Below are positions 18,885 through 28,515 of a DNA stretch of 64,000 bases, in pieces. Both the position numbers and the translations under genes were made by a program. Positions within the stretch are counted from its first letter, which is position 1. The number at the start of each line of letters is the position of its first letter. This DNA is from Desulfomonilia bacterium (GTDB taxonomy: Bacteria > Desulfobacterota > Desulfomonilia > UBA1062). Under the pieces are notes generated by a model. The model was not told the origin of the DNA and did no database searches. It was given only the letters and a program-made list of their open reading frames with translations. Location of the stretch: assembly GCA_050014195.1 (NCBI GenBank), contig JBEKDT010000005.1, positions 1 through 64,000 of the forward strand. Direction: 5' to 3'.

Positions 18885-20825
18885 ATGAGTAAACATTCGA
18901 AATATGATCATCTGTTTTCTCCCATCACTATCGGCAGCATGACCCTCAAGAACCGCGCCGTCATGCCTGCCATGGTTACGGCATATGCCAACCCAGACAA
19001 CACGGTTAATGAGCGCCTGGTCCAGTACCTGGCCCGCCGCGCCAAAGGAGGTACCGGCCTCATCATTACCGAGGTAACTGCCGTAACTCCACGGGGAAAA
19101 GGCTTCCCCAACGAGCTCGGCATCTGGAGCGACGAATTCATCCCCTCTCTTGCAAAGATCCCCGAGGCCATTCACCTTGAGGGCGGCAAGGCCGCGATCC
19201 AGCTCCACCATGCAGGCAGGGAGACCTTCCCGGAAGCGGTAGGCGGCCTGCCCGAGGCCCCGTCAGCCATCCCCAGTGTCATCCTCCAGCAGCCCTGCGA
19301 AGAGATGAGTATCGAGCGCATCCAGGAGCTCGTGCATGCCTTTGCATCCGCCGCCGTTCGGGCACGGACCGCCGGATTCGATGCCGTTGAGATCCACAGC
19401 GCCCACGGCTATCTCTTAAACCAGTTCCTCTCTCCGTTTTCCAACCAGAGGCAGGACGCCTATGGAGGATCCGAGGAGAACCGCTCCCGCTTCGTGCTGG
19501 AGATTATCTCTGCAACCAGAAAGGCCGTGGGACCAGATTATCCCATCATCGTACGGTTCTCGGCCGACGAGCTCGTCAGGGGCGGATTCGATCTGGAGTT
19601 CACGAAACGGCTCGCGCCCAAACTCGTTCAGGCAGGTGCCGATGCCTTGCACGTGTCGGTGGGCGTCTATTCCACCCCCGGAGGGCTGAGCATCGCATCC
19701 ATGGACACACCTCCCGGATTCAACCTGTTCCGTGCAAAAGCCATCAAGGAAGTGGTGGATGTGCCGGTCATCGGGGTGGGCCGTATCAATGATCCCGGGC
19801 TTGCCGATGAGGCCATTTCCCGGGGCGATGCCGATCTCATCAGCTTCGGCAGGCAGCACCTGACCGACCCGGACTTCATCCGCAAGGTAGAATCAGGCGA
19901 TCTCGATGATATCAGACCATGCGTGGCATGCAACCAGGGCTGCATCGAGCGCTTAAGCTTTGAGATGAAGTCCGCCACCTGCTCCTTTAACCCTGAATGC
20001 GGCCAGGAGTTCCGCGGACCGGCTGCATGTGCAGATACCCCCCAAAAGGTGTGGGTGATCGGCGCCGGTCCGTCAGGGCTTTCCGCAGCACTTGCTGCGG
20101 CCGAGCAAGGGCACAAGGTTGAGATCTTCGAGCAAGAAGAAACATCGGGGGGCCAGCTGCGCTCCGCCAGCAAGCCCCCGCACAAGGAAGCTTTCTGGAG
20201 CTGGGTGAAATGGGCACTGCGTAGGCTGAAAAGGCTCGGGGTTGAAATCAGGCAGCGTACGGCAGTGTCTGCAGAGATGCTGAAAAAAGGCAAACCCGAT
20301 GCGGTGATCCTGGCAAGCGGGGCATTCCCCGTCACGGCAGTAATACCGGGCATCGACGCATCCCACGTCATGGATGCCCGCGATGTCCTGATGGGCAGAG
20401 TCAAGGTCAAAAGTCCTGTTGTCATCCTCGGTGCAGGTTATGTGGGCATGGAGACCGCTGATTTTCTCGTTGAGCACGGAATGAACCCGGTCATCCTCGA
20501 GATGCAATCATTCCCCCCTGTGGGCAAGATGACGGCCCACGGCTACTGGCTGCACAAACGTATCAGGGATGGCGGTGGGAAGATGTTTTTAGGTGCAAAG
20601 GTCACAAAGATCGAACCCAATGCCGTACACTTCTCAAAAGGGGATGATAACGATACCGTCCCTGCCGCCACGGTCATAACGGCCATGGGCGCCAGGTCAG
20701 ACACAGCACTGGAGGCCGTGCTCAAAGATTCGGGCATACCCTATGCGGTGGTCGGCGATGCCAAGAGGCCACGCCGCATTCTGGAGGCTATTCACGAAGG
20801 GCATCGGGCAGGCAGGGAGATCTGA
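18885..20825 (+). CDS. NADH:flavin oxidoreductase (OYE + Fe-S + FAD; 2,4-dienoyl-CoA reductase/BaiCD-like)
   Basis: LKNRAVMPAM, QLHHAGR, HSAHGYLLNQF, CVACNQGC..C, GAGPSG, GAGYVG. Confidence 0.9.
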   Translation: MSKHSKYDHLFSPITIGSMTLKNRAVMPAMVTAYANPDNTVNERLVQYLARRAKGGTGLIITEVTAVTPRGKGFPNELGIWSDEFIPSLAKIPEAIHLEGGKAAIQLHHAGRETFPEAVGGLPEAPSAIPSVILQQPCEEMSIERIQELVHAFASAAVRARTAGFDAVEIHSAHGYLLNQFLSPFSNQRQDAYGGSEENRSRFVLEIISATRKAVGPDYPIIVRFSADELVRGGFDLEFTKRLAPKLVQAGADALHVSVGVYSTPGGLSIASMDTPPGFNLFRAKAIKEVVDVPVIGVGRINDPGLADEAISRGDADLISFGRQHLTDPDFIRKVESGDLDDIRPCVACNQGCIERLSFEMKSATCSFNPECGQEFRGPAACADTPQKVWVIGAGPSGLSAALAAAEQGHKVEIFEQEETSGGQLRSASKPPHKEAFWSWVKWALRRLKRLGVEIRQRTAVSAEMLKKGKPDAVILASGAFPVTAVIPGIDASHVMDARDVLMGRVKVKSPVVILGAGYVGMETADFLVEHGMNPVILEMQSFPPVGKMTAHGYWLHKRIRDGGGKMFLGAKVTKIEPNAVHFSKGDDNDTVPAATVITAMGARSDTALEAVLKDSGIPYAVVGDAKRPRRILEAIHEGHRAGREI

Positions 20826-21008
20826 AACATAAAACATGTAAAAGAATCGTAAAACCCGTTGGTTGAGGACCTGTGTCGATTGCAATTAACCAAAAAGAGG
20901 CCTAAGGTCTTTCCCATGTCATGAATCGAAAGGAAATATGATCTTTAAGGGTCTTCCCTGTTACAGACTGCATTTCTTGATATACGGACATCATATGAGG
21001 TTTTAGTA

Positions 21009-21914
21009 ATGATTTCACTCCTTCCACCGACCATGCGGGCCGTCATAGCCATATCGCTCATTGCCCTGAATACCTTCTGTTATGCCGTGCCTATCCATAT
21101 CCTTGCCTTGACCAAACTGCTCATTCGCAATAAAGTATGGCAACGCAAATGTGCCAGTGCGATCATGTTCTTCGGCAACGGGTGGATACTGGGCATGAAC
21201 ACGATTCTAAGGACGACCCAGCCCACGGTCTATGACATAGAGGGCCTGGAGGGTCTCAGTAAAAAGCAGTGGTATTTCATAAACTGCAACCACCAGTCAT
21301 GGGCCGATATCCTGGTGCTGTTCATAACCTTTCACGGATCTGTACCTTTCTTGAAGTTCTTCCTCAAAAAGGAGCTGTTCCGGGTCCCGGTTATGGGCAC
21401 TGCCTGGTGGGCCCTGGACTACCCATTTATGGAGCGTTTTTCCAAGGAGTTTATTGAGAAGAACCCGCACATGAAGGGCAAGGACCTGGCAACCACAAGA
21501 AAGGCCTGCGAGCGCTACCGCCACACACCGGTGGCCATCCTCAACTTTATCGAGGGAACCAGGTTCACCCCTGAGAAGCACACCCGGCAGGAGTCTCCCT
21601 ACCGGCACCTGCTGCGGCCCAAGGCGGGTGGTTTTGCCTTTGCCCTGGCTGCAATGGACGGGAAGATCTCGAACATCCTGGATGTCACCATTATCTATTC
21701 AAATAAGCAAAACTCATTCTGGGATTATCTCTGCGGCCGCGTCGAGCGGATCAGCGTGCAGGTGAAAAAGATGCCCGTACCGGATGCATTTCTCGACGGG
21801 GACTACCAGAACGATTCAGACTTCAGAGACCACATACAGTCCTGGGTCTGCGACCTCTGGCAGGAAAAGGACGAACTTATCGAGCATCACAGGAGCACCC
21901 GGCAGGGGCTATGA
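21009..21914 (+). CDS. PlsC/YihG-like acyltransferase, copy 1
   Basis: NHQSWAD (HxxxxD), WWALDYPFM, FIEGTRF, LLRPKAGG. Confidence 0.88.
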   Translation: MISLLPPTMRAVIAISLIALNTFCYAVPIHILALTKLLIRNKVWQRKCASAIMFFGNGWILGMNTILRTTQPTVYDIEGLEGLSKKQWYFINCNHQSWADILVLFITFHGSVPFLKFFLKKELFRVPVMGTAWWALDYPFMERFSKEFIEKNPHMKGKDLATTRKACERYRHTPVAILNFIEGTRFTPEKHTRQESPYRHLLRPKAGGFAFALAAMDGKISNILDVTIIYSNKQNSFWDYLCGRVERISVQVKKMPVPDAFLDGDYQNDSDFRDHIQSWVCDLWQEKDELIEHHRSTRQGL

Positions 21915-22008
21915 ACGTTCTGCATGGGCTCATCGAGAGCTGCATGGTTGAACCGCCTTCACGCAGGGCCTTCCTTTTAACAGGTTTCGGTCATGAAGGG
22001 ACTGACAG

Positions 22009-22914
22009 ATGATCCCATACCTTCCTCCCACTGCCAGGGGTGTCATCGCAATATCCCTCATGGTTGTCAATACCATCTTCTGGTCCATACCCGTCCACCT
22101 TCTTGCCGTCACCAAACTGCTCATACGCAGCGATAAATGGCAGGTAACCTGCGCCAGGCTTCTCATGGGCACGGTAACCTGCTGGATCTGGGGGATACTT
22201 GCCGCATTGAGGCTTGCCCAGGATACTGCCTACAACATCGAGGGGCGCCAAGGACTCAGCAGGAAGGAATGGTATTTCCTCAACTGCAACCACCAGTCAT
22301 GGGCTGATATCCTGGTACTCCTCGTTACATTCCACGGCCATATCCCGTTCTTCAAGTTCTTCCTGAAAAAGCAGCTCATCCGGGTCCCCTTGCTCGGCAC
22401 TGCCTGGTGGGCACTGGACTACCCATTTATGGAGCGCTTCTCCAAGGATTTTCTTGCGAAAAACCCCCATATGAAGGGCAAGGACATTGAGACCACCAGG
22501 AAGGCATGCGCACGATACCGCCATACGCCGGTGGCCATCCTGAACTTCATTGAGGGAACAAGGTTCACAAAAGAGAAACATGCCAGGCAGCAATCCCCCT
22601 ACCGCCACCTGCTGCGTCCCAAGGCCGGTGGTTTCGCCTTTGCACTGGCGGCCATGGACGGGAAGATCAGAAACATGCTGGACGTCACCATCATTTATCC
22701 ACCCGCACCGTTTACCTTCTGGGACTACCTTTGCGGACGCATCGAGACAATCGCTGTGCGGATTGAAAAAATTCCGGTGCCGGATGATTTCCTTCAGGGC
22801 GACTACCTGAACGATGAGTCCTTCAGGGACCGTTTCCAGGCCTGGGTTTCAGAACTGTGGCAGCAAAAGGACGACTTCATCGAGAGGTACAGGAACACAC
22901 CCCGGGGGCACTGA
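22009..22914 (+). CDS. PlsC/YihG-like acyltransferase, copy 2
   Basis: Same motifs and the same 301-aa length as the upstream paralog. Confidence 0.88.
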   Translation: MIPYLPPTARGVIAISLMVVNTIFWSIPVHLLAVTKLLIRSDKWQVTCARLLMGTVTCWIWGILAALRLAQDTAYNIEGRQGLSRKEWYFLNCNHQSWADILVLLVTFHGHIPFFKFFLKKQLIRVPLLGTAWWALDYPFMERFSKDFLAKNPHMKGKDIETTRKACARYRHTPVAILNFIEGTRFTKEKHARQQSPYRHLLRPKAGGFAFALAAMDGKIRNMLDVTIIYPPAPFTFWDYLCGRIETIAVRIEKIPVPDDFLQGDYLNDESFRDRFQAWVSELWQQKDDFIERYRNTPRGH

Positions 22915-23144
22915 GTAGGTTCATCCCGCAGATAATTGGCAGCCGCCGTGACCAGGAGAACCGGGAGCCGTTTTCTGTCCTCATCCATGGATAATCTTTC
23001 ATCCGGCCTCGCTCTTTCTTACGCAGCAAAGAAGCCGAGGGCGCCCATGAAGCGGCCTATGAAAGGTTGTTTGTAAACTGCTCAATAAAATTATACAATC
23101 CGTCAATCACATACTAGCTTTCTTGAGATCAAAAGGAGGATTCC

Positions 23145-24344
23145 ATGCAGGGCAAGAAAACAAACACACGGCTTTTCCCATCCCAGACGTTCCACTACCA
23201 GGCCTTGAGGACTCTCGGCCACTCGGCGGCCTTCGGGGCAAACCCGGGCGAATGTCTTGCAGCCATCGGATCCATCCGCAATGCAGATCCCAAAAGCTGG
23301 TATGAATCCTGGTATGAATCCGCCCAGAAGTGCTCCAAGACGGCCGCAGCTTCGAGTGATACCATAGGCAGGGGCAAGGCTCTGCTGCGTGCATCAAACT
23401 ACTTCCGCACAAGCGAGTTCTTCCTGCACCCCACTGACGCCAGGCGGCTCAGCGTCTACCGCGAGAGCGCCAATGCATTCACCCGGGCACTCCAGATCCT
23501 GAGCATACCCCACAAGATCTGGAAAATACCTTATGAACGGGCATCAATGCGGGCCTATTATATCCCCGGTGATACGGGCAAACCTCTCATCCTTGTCTGC
23601 GGCGGATATGATTCCACCCTTGAAGAGCTCTTTTTCTGGATTGCGGATGCCGCACGGGAGAGGGGTTATCCATGCGTCATGTTTGAAGGGCCGGGCCAGT
23701 CGAACTTGATTCGTGAATACGGCATGAAGTTCACCCACGAATGGGAAAAACCGGTCGCTGCCCTCTTGGACTTCATGCAATGGGAAACCCCTGAACTGAG
23801 CGGAGTCAGAAAAATCCTCCTTGGTATCAGCATGGGCGCCATGTTGGCACTGCGGGCCGCGGCCATTGAGAAGCGCATCGATGCGGCGGCGGGATTAGGC
23901 GGATTCTTCAGCATGAAGGACGCAGCCCTGGCCCTGATGCCTGCCATGGGCAGGTACCTCTACCGGCTCGGGTTTACGGAGATGTTCAACAGACTGGCCC
24001 TTGCCAGGGCATCGCGCGACATCGGCTTGCGCTGGGCACTCGACAACGGGTGCTGGACAATAGGCGCCGACACCCCGTACGAACTCCTCGGAAAGACCGG
24101 TGAGTACAGCCTCGAAACGGTGGCGGACAAGATCACCTGCGATGTGCTGATCATGTCAGGGGACAAGGACCACCTCATCCCTTCGGCTGAAGCCAGGCAA
24201 TTCAAGCATCGTATAAAGAATGCCCGGAGCTTTCATGAGCATACCTTCCTGGATGCTGACGGGGCAGGCGAACACTGCCAGGCAGGTGCCCTGGAACAGT
24301 TCCACAAGGTATTCTTCGAATGGGCCCAGGGGCTTTTCTTGTAG
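23145..24344 (+). CDS. alpha/beta hydrolase (S9/FrsA-like)
   Basis: GGYDS, FEGPGQ, GISMG nucleophile, D, EHCQ. AGGAGG RBS. Confidence 0.85.
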   Translation: MQGKKTNTRLFPSQTFHYQALRTLGHSAAFGANPGECLAAIGSIRNADPKSWYESWYESAQKCSKTAAASSDTIGRGKALLRASNYFRTSEFFLHPTDARRLSVYRESANAFTRALQILSIPHKIWKIPYERASMRAYYIPGDTGKPLILVCGGYDSTLEELFFWIADAARERGYPCVMFEGPGQSNLIREYGMKFTHEWEKPVAALLDFMQWETPELSGVRKILLGISMGAMLALRAAAIEKRIDAAAGLGGFFSMKDAALALMPAMGRYLYRLGFTEMFNRLALARASRDIGLRWALDNGCWTIGADTPYELLGKTGEYSLETVADKITCDVLIMSGDKDHLIPSAEARQFKHRIKNARSFHEHTFLDADGAGEHCQAGALEQFHKVFFEWAQGLFL

Positions 24345-24395
24345 GAGCCGCTTTCAGCAGCGACGGAACCGGTCGCGCCTCAAGGCGCTCCTACA
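24340..24395. repeat. REP doublet (REPIN-like, GTAG family)
   Basis: TGTAGGAGCCGCTTTCAGCAGCGA ... TCGCGCCTCAAGGCGCTCCTACA: an inverted pair with GTAG ends. Confidence 0.65.
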
Positions 24396-24609
24396 CCCCA
24401 TGCACCCATTTCACGGATGAGAGGGCCGGGGAACAAATAATCACTGCATGCACCCGCACCCGGCGGACCCCATTCTTCTTCGTTTCAGGACCATTATGTA
24501 GGAAAGGCACCCCAACCACGTTTCGCTTGACACGGCAAAGGTCAAGCCTGTATCAACCCTAGGAATCATGCAGCATGGCGCTGACAATCAACCAGGCAAG
24601 GAGACCCCT

Positions 24610-25347
24610 ATGGTCAAAGAAGTTCGCGAAAACACGCTGGTGCTCATCAAGCCCGATGCCCTGAAGAATTCATTAACCGGCTACATCCTTTCCATGCTTT
24701 CAGAATTTCATACCGGCTTGCATTTCGCAGGGACAAAGATAGTATCCGTCAGCACGCTGCTTGCCGAGGAACACTATGAGGAGCACCGCGGCAAGTTTTT
24801 CTATCCATCACTGATCGAGTATATAACCGGCCGTCTCCATTATCCCGATGAACCGTGGAAGCGCAGGGTCATCGCCTTTGTCTACCAGGGTCCGGGCGCC
24901 ATCAAGAAGATCCGTGACATAGCAGGGCCCACAAACGCCCATGACGCACGTGTGCAGAAGCCGGGTTGCATCCGCGCCCTGGGAACGGTGGTGCCGGTCA
25001 AGGATGACACAGGCAAATTCATCGGTGACCGCGTGGACAACCTCATCCATGCATCTGCCAATGCAACCGATGCCGAGCGGGAGATCAAGCTGTGGTTCAG
25101 CCCCACAGACATACCGCCGTACATGCGCGACTACACTGCCGAGGTGTGCGACCGGCATTACTACTACAAAGACGCTATCATCTCGCCCACCCATGTACCG
25201 GGCAGTATCGGCTTCCTGGCCCCGGGAGACCTCGCCTGGAAATCCGACCTCGAAGCCCTGCAACTGCACCTGAAAGGTAAGAAGGCACCCTGTTCCGTGA
25301 ACACGGTGGCGGCAAAGTACCTCATCAACATGAAGAACGAGGACTGA
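24610..25347 (+). CDS. ndk: nucleoside diphosphate kinase with C-terminal extension
   Basis: TLVLIKPD, EEHY.EH, GPT, PGCIR, NLIHAS, EREI.LWF. Confidence 0.82.
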   Translation: MVKEVRENTLVLIKPDALKNSLTGYILSMLSEFHTGLHFAGTKIVSVSTLLAEEHYEEHRGKFFYPSLIEYITGRLHYPDEPWKRRVIAFVYQGPGAIKKIRDIAGPTNAHDARVQKPGCIRALGTVVPVKDDTGKFIGDRVDNLIHASANATDAEREIKLWFSPTDIPPYMRDYTAEVCDRHYYYKDAIISPTHVPGSIGFLAPGDLAWKSDLEALQLHLKGKKAPCSVNTVAAKYLINMKNED

Positions 25348-25379
25348 TAAGGGGGCTTCCCGGCCAAGGAGGTTGTCTT

Positions 25380-25958
25380 ATGAAACGTTTGCGCACCCTT
25401 CTCTTGATGGATGATCATGTGTGCCCGTGGTGGCTCGCCTATACCTTTGACAACCCCTTAAGACGTATTCTCCATCCGCCCGAGAAGGTCCTGTCGGGTC
25501 TGGTAAGACAAGGCCAGACCGTCCTCGATATCGGGTGCGGTATGGGCCATTTCTCTATCGGCATGGCAAGGATGGTTGGAGAGCGTGGTCGGGTCATCGC
25601 CCTGGACCTCCAGGATCAAATGCTCGATCGGGTACGCCGTCGTGCCGAGAAGCAAAGACTTTCAGACCGGCTCATCCTGCACAAGGGCGAGGTGGCAGGC
25701 CTTGATATGAGAGGCGAAGTGGACTTCGCCCTGGCATTCTGGATGGTCCATGAGGTGCCTGACCAGCACGCATTCTTCCAGTCCGTGAAGGGCCTGCTCA
25801 AGCCGGACGGGCGTCTCCTGATGGCTGAGCCGAAAATACACACGAGCGAAGCGGACCTCATCAGATCCTTGAAGATCGCTGAGAGTGCAGGGCTTAACGT
25901 ATGTGCAAAGCCCGACATAAGCTTCAGCAGGACCGCCTTACTTGCGCCTGTTATTTGA
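25380..25958 (+). CDS. class I SAM-dependent methyltransferase
   Basis: VLDIGCGMG, ALD, LKPDG. AGGAGG RBS. Confidence 0.88.
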   Translation: MKRLRTLLLMDDHVCPWWLAYTFDNPLRRILHPPEKVLSGLVRQGQTVLDIGCGMGHFSIGMARMVGERGRVIALDLQDQMLDRVRRRAEKQRLSDRLILHKGEVAGLDMRGEVDFALAFWMVHEVPDQHAFFQSVKGLLKPDGRLLMAEPKIHTSEADLIRSLKIAESAGLNVCAKPDISFSRTALLAPVI

Positions 25959-26028
25959 TCAAAAGATGGGTTCTTCTCTGTGAAGCATACTTTTATAGTT
26001 TGTATCCTTTTCACAGCCCATTGTCCTT

Positions 26029-26153
26029 ACCACGAAGGACACGAAGAGCACGAAGGTGATCATAGAAAATCAGAACGGACACTCGTGGATCTCTTGCCCC
26101 TTAAGAGATTTCAAGAGGATTCTTTTCTTCGTGTCCTTCGTGCTCTTCGTGGT
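26029..26153. repeat. 27-bp inverted repeat built from 9-bp CACGAAG units (palindromic miniature element)
   Basis: ACCACGAAGGACACGAAGAGCACGAAG (26029-55) and CTTCGTGTCCTTCGTGCTCTTCGTGGT (26127-53). Confidence 0.75.
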
Positions 26154-26354
26154 GAGATATCCCTTTTGTGTGCTCTTTAATGATGCGAGTATGCTTTACT
26201 GTGATGAACCAAAAGATGCATGGACATCCTGTTCCCAAGGATTATTATTTGTAAAAAGCTCATAACACCGTGCAAGAGAGATCTTTGTTTCACCATTCCT
26301 TAAAAGAGCGGGAATCCATTGGGGACGATCGCTTATCATTCAAAGGGGAAAGAC

Positions 26355-26474
26355 ATGGCAGGAGAAAAGGTCACACGCCGCCAGAAAGACATCTCAAGAC
26401 TCATCAAGGAGCGCAGCAAGATTCAAAAGGACAAGATCAGACAAGGCAAGGGGAAAAGGAAAACCGGGAAATGA
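26355..26474 (+). CDS. small Lys/Arg-rich protein (39 aa)
   Basis: MAGEKVTRRQKDISRLIKERSKIQKDKIRQGKGKRKTGK. AGGGGA RBS; lies in otherwise empty intergenic space. Confidence 0.55.
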   Translation: MAGEKVTRRQKDISRLIKERSKIQKDKIRQGKGKRKTGK

Positions 26475-26542
26475 GCTTTAAAAATAGTCATACACCCGCC
26501 CTGCTTGGGACAAGCTTTAATCTTTTATCGGCATAAGGGCGG

Positions 26543-27466
26543 TTATTGCTGCACCACCTTAAATCCTTTGGCCTTAAGGAGCTCCAGCACCCCTTCTTTG
26601 CCCACCAGGTGACCGGCGCCCACTATCATGAAGACATCACCCTTCTGCATGAGGAACCTGGAGATATGCATGGTCCAGGCCTTGTTCCGTTCTGCAAAGA
26701 GCTTCTTTTCCACCTCCGGGAACTCTTTCAAACTCTTTTGGGTAAAGCTCTCCATCCGGACTGCATCCCCGGTCTTCCATGCCTGCTCCATGGCGGATGT
26801 ATCCTTTGCCAGAACGGTCATTTCCTCAAGGGCCTGTTTGAGGAGGTCTTCTTCATGACCGGGAAAGGCATTGGCAAGAAGTTCCAGCTGTTGAGCGGCC
26901 GTTTCAAGAAAGATCATTTCCTTTTTGTCGGTTACAGCCTTTTTGTAGAAGTATGAATCAAGTCCATACTCGGCCGTAAATCCGAGCTTCTTGAGTTCTA
27001 TGGCTGCGACGGACAGTGCTGCAAACCATGGTTTGAATCTATCGAATTGTTCCATGGTGAGATTATCGGCAGCAACGCGCTCCCTGAGCATGGCATACGT
27101 CTTTGTGGAGATCTCCTTCTTAAGGGTCCTGCCTTCAGAGCAGGTGCCAAGCTTGAACATCATGTCTCTGATCTCTTGGGTGCCCGCTGCTGACGGATCC
27201 GCCTCAAATACTACGCGCGGGCAGGTGTTATAGGCCTTCTCGATCCGTGCATCGAGCGGATAGGAGCCCTCTTTGAACACATGCATGGATCCCAGGAGAA
27301 AGGCCGTAGACTTTGCACCCTGAACGGACCACATGAAGATAGGGGAAGGATTCTTCTCGGCGGCCAGCGCCAGCGACGTTTGACCGGTGCAGGCATAGGT
27401 AATGAGGAGGATGATCGTGATCAGCCGCCACTGCCCATAGGGCATGTGTGCATTCATCCTTCCCAT
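26543..27466 (-). CDS. TraB/GumN family protein
   Basis: Signal peptide, FLLGSMH, FE, GLD, LET...Q, ERN..W, VGAGHL.G. Confidence 0.88.
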   Translation of the reverse strand: MGRMNAHMPYGQWRLITIILLITYACTGQTSLALAAEKNPSPIFMWSVQGAKSTAFLLGSMHVFKEGSYPLDARIEKAYNTCPRVVFEADPSAAGTQEIRDMMFKLGTCSEGRTLKKEISTKTYAMLRERVAADNLTMEQFDRFKPWFAALSVAAIELKKLGFTAEYGLDSYFYKKAVTDKKEMIFLETAAQQLELLANAFPGHEEDLLKQALEEMTVLAKDTSAMEQAWKTGDAVRMESFTQKSLKEFPEVEKKLFAERNKAWTMHISRFLMQKGDVFMIVGAGHLVGKEGVLELLKAKGFKVVQQ

Positions 27467-27482
27467 CGGATTCTAAGCCCCT

Positions 27483-28427
27483 TTAAGAATTATCTTGAGG
27501 ACAAAGGATGATATTGTTCGATGCGGAAGATTGCATCACCGTTGTGCCGGGGGCTATGTCGTGGTCGAGCCATACGTTGCCGCCGATGACGGAGCCCTTG
27601 CCGATGTGCACCCTTCCGAGCACGGTGGTGCCGGAGTAGATGATTACATCGTCATCTACAATGGGATGCCTCAGGATCCCCTTGACGATATGACCCGCCT
27701 CGTCCTTGGGGAAGCTGTGGGCACCGAGCGTCACCCCCTGGTATAGCCTGACGTTCCTGCCTATCTCGCAGGTCTCTCCGATGACCGTTCCGGTGCCGTG
27801 ATCGATGAAGAAGTGCTCGCCGATAGCGGCGCCCGGGTGGATGTCGATGCCGGTGGCGGAATGGGCCATCTCGGTGATGATGCGGGGGATGATCTCAACG
27901 CCGAGCTCGTAGAGCTCGTGGGCGATGCGGTAGTTTGTCATAGTCTTGATGCTCGGGTAGCAGAATATGACCTCGCTAAAGCTCTTCGCCGCAGGGTCGC
28001 CCTCGTATGCGGCAATTACGTCGCTCACCAGCAGCCTGCGTATCCTGGGGATGGTGGAGATGAACTTCCGTGAAAGGATGTTGGCCCTCTCGTTGCACTC
28101 GATGCACGCCTGGCGCTCCGTTATCTCGCAGGAGAACTCGAAACCGCGCTTGATCTGCTCGGTGAGGAGGCGTTCGATCTTCTCCAAATGGTTGCCGATG
28201 ATGTAGGGCATGGTTTCAAGCGACATCTCGGAGTCGTTGAAATAGGCCGGGAAGATCACCATGCGCAGCCGCTCCACGATATCCTCAAGCGAACCGAGCG
28301 AAGGCATGGCGCCTTCCAAGGTGGGCCTGTGATATACTTGATCGAATGATTCAGGTTCGCACAGCTCCTCGACCACGCTTTTGATGATATTTCCGTTCGT
28401 GGCGTCCTGACTCTGTTTCGGTATCAT
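27483..28427 (-). CDS. cysE: serine O-acetyltransferase (EpsC type)
   Basis: GDPAA, YRIAHEL, TGIDIHPGA.IG..FFIDHGTG, YQGVTLGA, RHP. Confidence 0.9.
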   Translation of the reverse strand: MIPKQSQDATNGNIIKSVVEELCEPESFDQVYHRPTLEGAMPSLGSLEDIVERLRMVIFPAYFNDSEMSLETMPYIIGNHLEKIERLLTEQIKRGFEFSCEITERQACIECNERANILSRKFISTIPRIRRLLVSDVIAAYEGDPAAKSFSEVIFCYPSIKTMTNYRIAHELYELGVEIIPRIITEMAHSATGIDIHPGAAIGEHFFIDHGTGTVIGETCEIGRNVRLYQGVTLGAHSFPKDEAGHIVKGILRHPIVDDDVIIYSGTTVLGRVHIGKGSVIGGNVWLDHDIAPGTTVMQSSASNNIILCPQDNS

Positions 28428-28515
28428 GATAACCCTCCGCACATCAGCGTGCCTATAGGATCACTATGGCACTTCTGATGTATGTTGGCAGATGTCCCTG
28501 CGGGTTTAAAAAAAA

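Noticed and set aside
26029-26153. CRISPR array
   Set aside because: These are 9-bp units in inverted arms with no repeat-spacer periodicity and no cas genes.
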